This document shows positions 37,813-48,729 of a stretch of 64,000 nt of DNA, in pieces; the first letter of the stretch is position 1, and each line of letters begins with the position of its first letter. Position numbers and translations under genes: made by a program. The stretch covers positions 52,913,709-52,977,708 of the forward strand of contig NC_057718.1 in the NCBI RefSeq assembly GCF_004010195.1, in the 5' to 3' direction. Source of the stretch: Chiloscyllium plagiosum. Taxonomy: Eukaryota. A model generated the notes under the pieces. The model was given only the letters and a program-made list of their open reading frames with translations. It had not been told where the DNA came from and did no database searches.

Positions 37813-39010
37813 GTGACATGGGTGATTTGGTGAATGTTTTGTACATACACACATACTTTCCGAAACAAATAAGATGGGGAGAGGTGGGACTGCTGTGTTA
37901 AATGTACAACAGAATGAATGCTGAATGAAGTCTGTAAGTGAGAGACCAGCTACACTACAAACAGCATAATCTTCACCAAGCTGGACGTGAACAGCAGATT
38001 CTGACAATTACCACACAGATGCAGAAACCAAATTTCTAACCACCTTCAAAGCAGCCTATGGACATGATTGTTATAACCTTTTGGAATCATTTCAAACCAG
38101 AGGGTTTCCAAAAGATAATGTCCAACTTTTAGAAATTATGGATAGTGTCAGTTAACACATACAAGCATTTAAATAAAAAAACCAAAATGGCTGAAGAGTA
38201 CACAGAGTTTTGAAAACATTACAAGTTGCAGCATTAACATTTAATGAGAAGTGTAAGTTTTTAAAATTCACATTTTTGCGTCATATTGTCCAAGCAATGG
38301 GGACCAAGGACTTGGAAAGCTATAAGAAAGTTTCCACCAGTCAGCAACATTGCAGAATTCCAACAGTTTTGGGTTTCGTGACTCCAGTGGGAAAATTCCT
38401 ACTCCACTTAACTTAAGATGAACAAACCCCTAAGATGACTTTTGAAACAAAATTAGCAAGGATCTGGACCAGGCCTCAACAGCAATCATTCAAAGGAAGT
38501 AAGAAAATGCAGATATCTTTGGAGACCCGAAAATACTACGATCACAAACTTCAATTATTGTAGTAGTGCATCATCCATAGGTCTGGGCGCAGACTTATTC
38601 TACATTGAGTTCATGATGTGCATGGACTATCGAATACACTTCACAGGCTGTAACTGAAGACAATTGGTAGAAACAGAAATAGAAGAGCTCCATCTAACTT
38701 ATATATTCAAGACATTTTCTGACTATGACTTGTGTCATAAATAGTTGACTGCAAATAGTTGTTAACTGAACTGAATACAAAAAAGGTCAGAAAGAAGCCG
38801 CTCATAATCCAGAGATTTAGATTGTGGCTAATGCGATAAGACATATTGCAGAATATGTGCATATTTACTATGGCTAACAATCCATCAAGAATGTTCATTA
38901 ACTGCCCAAAGCAAAGAGTTCTCCTTTTGTCCCAAAGAAGGTGAAGTCTTCATGGCCTTAACTATTTAATAATTACTGGTGACAGTGAAGGAGTTACACA
39001 ATTCTGAGTC
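37813..39010 (+). mobile_element. Degraded Gypsy-type remnant related to 16200-17930
   Basis: LTFNEKCKFLKFTFLRHIV (RT end), ASSIGLGA-like RNase H start near 38568-38590, and an IQRFRLWLMR motif near 38806-38835. Confidence 0.65.
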
Positions 39011-39148
39011 AATCACATGGTAAGTATTTGTGCAGATCTGCGCTTATTCCACTGATAGCAGGCCAGAGTATGTCCCAAGTAACCCCATCCTGTAACAGTT
39101 CTTTGAAAAATGCTGCTCCATCAGTATCATTGATATCTTTTGCTTTAT

Positions 39149-39435
39149 GGGAGAAAGTAAGGACTGTAGATGCTGGAGATCAGAAGGTCGAGAGTGTGGC
39201 ACTGGAAAAGCACAGCAGGCCAGACAGCATGCGAGGAGCAGGAAAATCAATGTGTCCGGCATGAACCCTTCATCAGGATTGAGGTTTGTGGGCTGGGTGG
39301 GCTAAGAGATAAATTGGATGGGGTTGGGCCTTGGGGAAGGTTGCTGAAAATGCAAAAGGTAGATGAAGGTGGGGGAGAAGGTCGGAGAGGAGCGGATGGA
39401 TGGGAAAGACGAGGCTTGCGGCAGCATGGAGGAGA
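39149..39435 (-). mobile_element. PLE 3'-terminal fragment with hammerhead remnant
   Basis: Reverse complement of the 13182-13307 repeat (cCTGATGAagggttcatgccggacac...), extended by a pyrimidine-rich upstream segment. Confidence 0.8.
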
Positions 39436-40399
39436 GTTTGGTTGGGTAATCTCACAATCTTTAAAAAGACCTTGATCAATACTTGAAATGTCATAACATT
39501 CAAGACAGTGGATCTAGTGTGGGAAAGTGGGACAAGTGAAGGTGGTTGTATGTTTTGGCACAGACACTGTGGGCCAAAGGGCCTCTTTTATTCTGTATGA
39601 TTCTATGACCATAGCCCAACCCCTGACCAAATTAGGTGGACAGCCTTGACTGATGATCAACCAGACTCCTGAGCGATACCTGTACAGTGCTCTAACTGAC
39701 TTGCCTCAACTTCATGGACATGTTGCATTGGACTTGCAGGACTGGATGCAGCACTGTCCCTGCACTGTAGTGATATGACCCCTGACCCTGGACTCTCAAA
39801 GCAGTGAACTGACCATGGAAAAGCCTCTGGTTTGATGTTGGATGATGCCCCTGACTTACTGTGCCTGGACCCCTTAATAAAGGCTGTTACCCTTGACCTC
39901 GCTGAGGACTACTCTCCTTAGCTTTTAAGACGTAGGCATTTGGTTGATGCATATGGAGTGTGTTTGTTGCATTCACTGCTGACTCATGGTGCAGGATGGG
40001 ATTGACATAGCAAGATGCCATACAGCAACATGCCCGTCCCTTTGATTGATCACTGCTGACAACCATGACAAGCTGCTTGGCTTTGTGTCTGAAGTAAAAG
40101 GGGAAACAAGGGTGGCGGAGTGGGGGGTTGGGCGTGGGGGGGGGTCGGAGATAAAGTGAAACCATATTAGCTATGAATTGAAATTAGATATTGAAGCATA
40201 TTAATGCATGCAAACTGATACAGATCAGACTGTTACTGCTTACTCATGAGATTCCCGGCTCGCCGCTCAGAACTTGGTTGGAGAGTCAGATTGTTTTTAC
40301 TTTATACTGTGAATGTTAGTTTTGCAAATTTCACCCTATTTTTCCAACTGACATGCCAATTGCCACTTTGTTCAAGGGTTAGGAAGATCCTCCCCAATG

Positions 40400-40880
40400 T
40401 GTATAATTTTGGTTTCCTCATTTAAGGAAGAGTACATCTACATTACAGACAATGGGTATTCACTTGATTGGTCCCTGGGATGAGGGGTTTTCCTCTGATG
40501 GACAGCTGAGTAGATTAGGCCAATATTCTTAGGAGTTTAGAAGGATTATGGATTATCTCATTGAAAAACATCAAATTCTGGAGGGGGCTTAACAGTGTAG
40601 ACACAAGGAGATTGTTTCTCAGGCTGGGTCATCCAAAACATAAGGCCATTGTCTCAGGATAAAGGGTCTGTAATCTAGGACTGAGATGGGGACAAATTTC
40701 TTCATTCAAATGGTTGTGAACCTTTCATACCACAAAGGCTTATGAATGCTTCATTGTTGACTATATTAGGACGAGGATGGATTCTCAAGGAATATAGGAA
40801 CATGGAGAGCAAGCACTAAGGTGGAGTGGAAGTTCCAAGTCAGTTGTAATGGTATTGGATTGTGGAGCAGGCTCAGTGGG
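40400..40880 (+). mobile_element. Degraded CR1 3' portion
   Basis: ggagtttagaagg..., ggccattgtctcaggataaaggg and gagatgggg...ttcttcattca motifs shared with other CR1 ends. Confidence 0.75.
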
Positions 40881-41199
40881 CCCAATTGTCTGTTTATGCT
40901 CCCGTCTCGTGTGTGGACACTTTTGACTTGACTCAAGTAGGAGTTTTCTTGAGGACCATTTTCTTGAGGACACTTTGTAAGGGAAGGAGTGCTTGTCTTT
41001 CAGAACAGGCATGTAATTTGTGAGATGGCGGTGGAATTTTGGCAGGGAGATTAAGGTGGCCTCATATTCATTGGAAAATAAATGACTGATTGGATCAAGG
41101 AATAGAGCAATCTCAAGGTACAGCTATATAGATCTCTGAAAGGACAGATTAATAACATCACAAATTGCAACAAGGAAAACATTGCAATTCATTACTAGC

Positions 41200-41640
41200 G
41201 GAATAGGAGAAATTAGGTTAGATAAAACAAAAATTTGACCATTCTTAAAGCATTAAAGATTTTCTACATAACAAAGAAACAGAGGCAGTGGTGAAGATAC
41301 AAAATGACTCCATTAGCATGATTGCTGAGTTAGAAGTTTATACATATCAGGAAAAACTGAACGGTTTGGGGTTCCTTTCTTTAGAAAAGAGAAGATTAAA
41401 GAACGACTTGATGCAGATATTTAATATAATGAAAGGATTAGGTAAGGAAGCTGGAGAGAAGATATTTCCATCTGCAACTAGAGCAGATCAAGGGACTATA
41501 AATAGAATGTAGTTATTCTACTTTTTTCTTTTATCTGGAGCATGACCGGACCTTGTTACCACAACGAGTGTTTGAGATGAATAGCATAGAAAAGGATTAA
41601 GTGAAGCTGGATAGATACTTGAGCAAGACAAGAATAGAAG
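41200..41640 (+). mobile_element. Old CR1 fragment
   Basis: ORF 41288 reads YQEKLNGLGFLSLEKRRLKNDLMQIFNIMKG. Confidence 0.7.
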
Positions 41641-41666
41641 TCTCTATTGATAAGGTTGATGTGATT

Positions 41667-41764
41667 CTGCTCAACAACCACCTGACAAAGAAGCAGTGCT
41701 TTGAAAGCTAGTGCTTTCAAATAAAGATGTTGGATTATAACCTAGTGTTTTGTGATTTTTAACT
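41667..41764 (+). mobile_element. PLE terminal fragment (same family as 13459-14988) with degenerate hammerhead
   Basis: cacctgacaaagaagcagtgctttGAAAgctagtg...ataaa...tataacc. Flanked by TTGATAAGGTT at 41647-41657 and 41765-41775. Confidence 0.7.
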
Positions 41765-43045
41765 TTGATAAGGTTAGGTGATTTGGGTAGGAGGTGATGC
41801 CAGTGATACATAAACAAGGACATTTTGTACAAATAGCCTTTCCTGTGATTTATACATTTTATATAACTTTTAAATCTGTATTGTTAAGAATGTTAGAAAG
41901 TATGGTCTCAGAACCGTTCTGCCCATCATGATCAATCTTATTTACAATTTGCCTGTAATACAGCTCCCAATTCATTTCATGTCCCAAGGGAGCAGAATAT
42001 TGCAGAGTAAACTTCAAAGAAGATAAACCCTGTGAAATTTCTTCCTGATCCCCTGGGATAATCTGGTGTAATTCCAAGATATCAATCTAACATCACAAGC
42101 TACATGAAAGAACTCATCAGTAACCAATATAGAAATATAGCAGCTTCAAATGTCAAAACATGTTATTTTGATTTTTTTGGCTAACGAATTTCTGGATGCA
42201 TGCAAAAATGGTAATACAACACAAATGTCTCATACTAGTTAAGATGTGAAATGTTAAAATTACACATTGTAGAATATAGAGGAAGTTAAATATTCTGAAA
42301 TGTATGTTTGTTTTTTGTCACAAGCAAATTTATAATTGTAGGTAAAATCATGCTAGGACCAAAATCCTATTTTGTGAATTCACAAAATTATTTCTGAAAG
42401 AAAGCTATGAAAGTGTTAAACAGCAAATAATCTGAATGTCTTAAGTGGGAGAGTAAGAAAACCAATGACAACAAATGTTAAAATGCCTCTGAAGTAAATA
42501 ATATCCAGTTTCTTTCTGTCAAAATATCTTCAAAATCGTTAAAGCTTGGTGTTTCCAGTTATTTGAGAAAATGCTTCCTACTGTTACTTGGCACGATCAG
42601 GTATGTTTTATGATGGGAAACAGTGCTGTGATGCCACAACAAATTGGTTTATTTTATATTCAGGCCCAGCAGGTATAATCTATTTCAGTAAATATTTCAT
42701 TAAATACAGATCGACTACAATGGGGAATTGTATGGTTTTTGCCCAGGGTTCAATGCAATGATTACGAATGTTTTAAAAACCACGCTTTTTCAGTTTCAAA
42801 GAACAAGAAAATTCTAAACATTAAACTTTGCTAAGATCAGAGCAAAGTCCCTTCTGCTTCCTGTTCTCTTTCTGTTAGCTCAGTAGATCTCACTTCATGT
42901 ACTGAAGGAGTAAACAATATTCATTTTCTGTGCTCAGTCCTGCCATCTGCTCTCTTTTGGCCTGCTCTTCAACTCTGAATCAAAGCCCCTAGTATTAGGC
43001 TGCTTCCAGATCAAATTGCACACAAAGCAATGCTTATTTCAACAG

Positions 43046-43330
43046 GGACTGAGGAAATGGGAAATCATCCTGATGTAATGCGTAATTAATATTAGCAATT
43101 AAAAGATGGGACATTGAACAATTATAGTGGCTGTAGTTACAAACCAAGTTTCTCTGGGTGGATGATCCAGAAAATGGGTGATATACAATGTGAATTACTA
43201 CGTCATGTTTTCCTCTGTTTATGTTCAATAAATTCATTAAATAGAAAGAGTGAAATATTGCAAGCAAACATGAATAGGTTCTGCTGCTCTAATTTTATGC
43301 TATTATAGAATTTTAAAACATTTTTAGACA
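43046..43330 (+). pseudogene. Possible decayed CNBD exon
   Basis: Acceptor tatttcaacAG (43044-45). FSGWMIQKMGDIQCELL (43150-43200) resembles the CNBD pattern .PG..I...GD.G.E(M/L)Y. Confidence 0.35.
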
Positions 43331-45084
43331 TATCTAAGATCTGTTCAGCTACAAATTTCAGCTCTGATCCTAACTGATGTTTCAAGATTTTTTGCCTGTT
43401 TTAGACAGGATCCCTGTCTGAGGCTAAGGAGCTCAGTAATCACTGTAGCCATAATTGTTACTCCTGCTTTCCAGTAAGAATACCATTATTTGGGACCATC
43501 ACCTTCTCAAAGGAATGGCCAATAAATATTTGCCTTTCCAGGGATGCTCACATTTTATGATTAAAAAGGAAAAGATCATACTGAGGTTTTTGAGAATCCT
43601 GCCTATTGCCCTGCATGCCTAGGTTGGTGTCATGGGTACACAATCTGCTGCTATTATGTCTACAGATTCCAGTGCTGAAAAAGGTCTTTCATACTTTACA
43701 GAACAACAGGAAACCATGATAGTCCATAACAGAGGGGTGAGAAGATAGGGAAGTATGAAACCATAGGGATCTTTATATGGGAACTGAAGTCTTGTTCACA
43801 GGCAGCCCATCCAGAATGATGGTATCCTGGGTGCATTCTTCCTTCCTACTGGTCCTCCTTGTCCTGAGGTAATCACTGATACTCTTGTAGAAATAGCTAT
43901 GCCCTATTTATGGCTAGATTGAGGAGGACACATCAGATAACCACAACTTGAGACACTTTCCAACAAGTACAGGAGTCTACCCAAGTGCTCCAGACAGTGG
44001 AACTATTGCTTTAAAACATTATTCCATGATGGTCCCAACATCAGAGTCACTCTCATTGTATCAGTATTTACTAGATGTGTTTGGAACTATTAACCACATG
44101 TAATGTGGGTGGCTGTTGTTGCTAAGCAGCTAGACATAATTGCCCATCCTTTCTCAATACTCCTATCATTTGTTTTAGTCTTTAGGTGCTCATCCAGTTC
44201 CTTGCTTGCATCTGTCACCACCAACATCTGAAGATACGTGTAAATGAAATTTTCCATTATGTAATCTTTTTGTTCTTTTTGTCACTCATGTTAATTTAAT
44301 GTTCTTCGATTGCTGGTCTTCCTATTAATCTGAATAATTTCTCTCTATCAACTTTGTCTGGATCCTTCATGGTAATAAGTTTTCTATTCCTTAAAAACAT
44401 GATTGTTGAACAACACAGATAATAAAAGAGAAAAAGCCTTTTACTTATGAATAGGCAATTCATTCTGCAACTGCGTAATCAAACAGAATGTGTTTAAAAT
44501 TTTAACAAGTACTCCGGGACTTATCTTACGTCAGAGAGCTGACTGATTGTAAGATCTTTAAATGTGAGCATAGTGACCATTAAGGATTTAATTCCTGAAG
44601 AGTGTTCAAGCAACAAGCATTGTAAAAGAAATGCAAGTCCTATCATAGATAAACCCCATTTAGTGGGATTACCAGCAACATTGTTTGTAGTAGTTGCTTG
44701 CACATAGTAGAAGTCCAGCACATGAAGAGGATAATGGTCAATAGGAAAGCTGTTATTGAGAATTGGTATGAAGATTATTGAAGGCAGTAAGCCAACTGCA
44801 ATGTCCTTGTACTGAAGGTCACCAATGATGTTATCACATGGCCTATCCAAGCATCAGTAAGGAAAATTTCAGTACCTTAATTGGCTTTTGCATAATTGAT
44901 GTTTTCTTTTCTACATAAACATGCATTGCAGACCTCCAGATATGTTAAAAAATAAACTCCTTTTTCGTTGCAATGTGACTGTGGTGTTTTTGTTTAATGC
45001 CTTAATTTAATGCATTTAACACAAAAGGCAATTAAACCGAGTGGACAAACAATTGTGAGAAATGGTTCTGCACATTTAACACAG

Positions 45085-45710
45085 AAGCGCTACTGCTTGC
45101 ATATCAACTAATAATAATGCAGATATGTCACTGCCAGGCGTCTCTTTGTGCAGTGACTATAGTATGCTTGTAGCCCTCATGGTTCCGACCATGAATGGCA
45201 ACTTGCTATTCTTCTACTTATGCAAAAAGGTCATTGCAAAGAGGCACCTTTTTACTAGGCAAAGTAATAGTTTAAGCCTAGAAATGTCGATATCTTTAAG
45301 GTATGGAATCCTTCATCATGATCGCTTATAATCACTCTCCAAATGAATCCAAGCAAGCCATAGTCATGTCTTGGCACTTTAATCCCAATGGTCATACTGC
45401 AACAGTGGGATCTTAGCTCCTGGAAAACTAAGGCCTCTCTTTCTGAGGTAGTTTTGTATTTTTGGTAGACTGCGGAGCAATCATCCATTATTCCATTACA
45501 AACCTGGAAATGGGAATATGTGACTGGATAAAGAATATTCTATGCAATTCAGAGAACCTTCCTCAGTTGTGTATAAGGAAGTAAATGGTATCTTAATAGA
45601 GTTCTGATCCAATAGTATACTTGGCAGCCTACAAAGCTTTAACGACTGGATCTTTTTCGGTTGAATATCAGTACTGTGCAGTAGAGAATATCAGTGAAGT
45701 ACAATGGGGA
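45085..45710 (+). pseudogene. Decayed exon resembling S1-S2 of a third channel repeat
   Basis: Acceptor tttaacacAG (45083-84). KPRNVDIFKVW (from 45274) is followed in a shifted frame by ESFIMIAY...QAIVMSWHF...GSFVFLVD (45447-45470), resembling S1 P...FK.WE and S2 F.(L/V)D. Confidence 0.4.
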
Positions 45711-45745
45711 AATTGGCAGTCTTGCTCTGGCTTGTCAATGTAACA

Positions 45746-45984
45746 GGGAGAAAGTAAGAACTGCAGGTGCTGGAAATCAGAGTCAAGAGTGTGGTGCTGG
45801 AAAACCACAGCCAATCAGGCAGCATCCGAGGAGCAGGAGAATTGACATTTCGGGCAAGAGTCCTTCATCAAGAATGAGGCTATGATTGGGGCCCTGATGA
45901 AGGGATCTTGCCCAAAACATTGATTCTCCTGCTCCTCAGATGCTGCCTGACCTGCTGTGCTTTTCCAGCAACACACTGTTGACT
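45746..45984. mobile_element. Head-to-head inverted pair of hammerhead repeats with 15-bp TSD
   Basis: Minus copy 45747-45875 and plus copy 45893-45984, each starting with a hammerhead core. CTTGTCAATGT(A/G)ACA occurs at 45731-45745 and 45985-45999. Confidence 0.85.
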
Positions 45985-47199
45985 CTTGTCAATGTGACAC
46001 CTGATTCATTTTAACACTTGAACTTTAATACTATATTTCAGACCCAAATACCAACAGAATCCAAAGCGGAATGATGTGGAGTCTGCAAGGTGTGAGGTAT
46101 GGTGACCCAAGGAAACATTTTGAACATAAGGATCATGTTTGAGGATGTGCAAGCCAATCTTAGGAAAGAAACTGAGGAAAAGAGACCTAAATACTCCTCT
46201 GGGGCCGAGAATAGGATGTGTCTTCAGGCATGACAATACCATTTCTGAGTCTTGTGAACTGAGTTAATGAATGTTGGATTACAGATTTTGTAATCAGAGC
46301 CCAACTTTTGCATTCCAAAGAAGCTTTTGCCTATTCTGATCTCTGATGCTGTCCAAAATGTACCAGAAAACACCTGCAAAAATGTGGAGAGGCATGATGT
46401 GGTTAGGTTATTTTGACCAATCAAAGAAATATGCTTGTAACTAGCAGGATAACCCAATTTCAATGGGTAATAATTGATTTCAACAGGCCCCATCTTAGCA
46501 AAGGGCAAGCAGCATGTTCTGGATGGAGAACTGCAGCAGGTTTGCTATATCTCATTGTATGAGTCAACATTCTCAGCAACTACTCTGACAAAGTTTAAAG
46601 ATAGCTGGCAATTCCTGGTCAAAAACTGAGAAACTGAGCTGAATTAATGTTTGTTAAATCATTCTACATTTTATTATCAGGGAAAGGCTGCAAAGTATTG
46701 TACCAAATGGTGGTAGATGTTAGTTAAGTATGGAATCATGTGAAGCAGATTTGCATGTATAGTGTTTATAGTGTTTTGGAGGGCTTTATGGTATAGTAGG
46801 AGTGTAATTTGATCCAGGAGACCTGGCTTCAAGTCCCACTTGCTTCAGATGTGTGTCATTACATGTCTGAACAGATTGTTAAAACTAAGTTTCTCTGATG
46901 TTGAAAGATGCCCCAAAATGTTTATTGTAAAGGTGTAAAATTAGGAATGTTAGGGATTAAAATTATAGTTGAAATTGATGGGTCAATACATCTATTCATA
47001 TAAAAGATATGAGGAAACATGGGGTTAGTGCAGGAAAATGGCATTGAGATAGATAAGCTATGATCTAGGTGATGGGCCGAATGGCCTGCTCTGTCTTTTA
47101 TTCTCTTTGTACCCAGGCAAAACGTCTTTTAAGTAGCCTTTTAAGTGTGTATGCACCAGCAGAAAGGCAGAATGAAGACAAGGGAAGGAGCTCAATCAT

Positions 47200-47355
47200 A
47201 GATGTCCAAAGTTATGCAGGTTAGGTGGATTGACCATGGGCGATGCAGGGTTACAGGGATAGGGTTAGGGGAGTGAGTTTGGGTGGGATGCTCTTCGGAG
47301 AGTCGGTGTAGATGCCTTGGCCTGTTTCCACACTGTAGGAATTCTATGATTCTAT
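47200..47355 (+). mobile_element. 3' part of a V-SINE
   Basis: gtccaaagttatgcaggttaggtggattgaccatg...gcctgtttccacactgtagg...tctatgattcta. Confidence 0.75.
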
Positions 47356-48729
47356 AATTCAAGATGATATGGCATAAGTGGGAAAAAGAGAAGTCAGCAA
47401 ATAGCACAGAAGATTCAGATAACATAGTGTAATTTGTATGAGAGCAATATATTCATATCTGCAAAAAATAGCCACATTCAATAGTAGCTACACTTCAAAA
47501 ATACTTCATGCTCAATATGAACTGTATGGGACACTCTAACCTCATGAAAAATCTTACATAATTACTAGTCTATATCCCGACATAAATGAATGTCTTTCTT
47601 TCAGTGGCTCTACAAGTTAGTTTGAAAATGAGAACAAAATTCTTGAAGTCGGTTTACGGTGACATAATGACTTAGGTGAGCATGGAAAGTGTAGTGATGA
47701 TATGTTTGAAAATGTTATGTAGATGAGACAGAATTAAACTGTGACAGATGTAAGGAAGGAAGAGGAGACAGAAATGACTGGACTTGTTTGACTGCATGCT
47801 CTCTGAATGGTGTCTGAGAATAGATGAAAGATAGCAATTCTCTTTTTAGCATGTGATGACATACATAATAAGATAGCCTGGACCATTCAGTGTCTAAACA
47901 ATCAGATTGAAACTCTTCCCTGTTCATGAGGTCAAATGGCATTTTACATCAGGCCCTTGCAGCTTCCTGGTGTGGCCAAGTGACCATGGCCTAAAATTGG
48001 ACAGTCTAAATCGAGCCTGACAGAAAATTGGCCTAACTATATTAAATAGCAGCCAGCAGCTATCGGCTGCAGGGTAACAGTGGAAACCAATGTCAAAGAG
48101 TCACAGACGTTCAGGAGGAACCAATTACAACCAAGTTGAGTGTCGTGTGTTGGAGAAGTATTAGTCAGACTTTCTGGCACCTTGACCTCCAACCAATGTC
48201 TCAGGATGTGCACTTCACACCTTTTTTCATGGTAACAGTGAAAGGTGTCAGGATGACACCATTAGATGTTTTGAACCCCATTCATGACTGCATTGGTGAA
48301 AGGCCACGGAACATTTTGGAAGGTCCGGGGTGCGAGTAATAAATACACACACCTGGAAGACATCTCTTCAGCAAAGGCTTGCAGCAAGATTTGCAGTGAA
48401 GACCATGCAGCAACTGAAGAAGACACAGGAGAAGATCTGCCCTGATCTGTGAGACCCAACTTCATGGAAGAGAGTTAGCCCTAGTTCAGAGAGGAAGAAG
48501 ATTCCAATGGTCCATCTCAGACACGTGGATCATTGAGGGTAATATCCTTTCTCAGCCAGATAGAGCTAGATCGAGAGTAAATATTGTGAGAATTTAAGAA
48601 ATGCTCACGTGTATTTTTAGTAGTGAATATTTTGTTAATAAAATCGAGTTGAACCACAAACTGAATTTTGCGTCCCTTTGTCCTCCTCACTGTCAGAAGT
48701 GTTTGGGTAGAATGTTTTATATCAACTGG

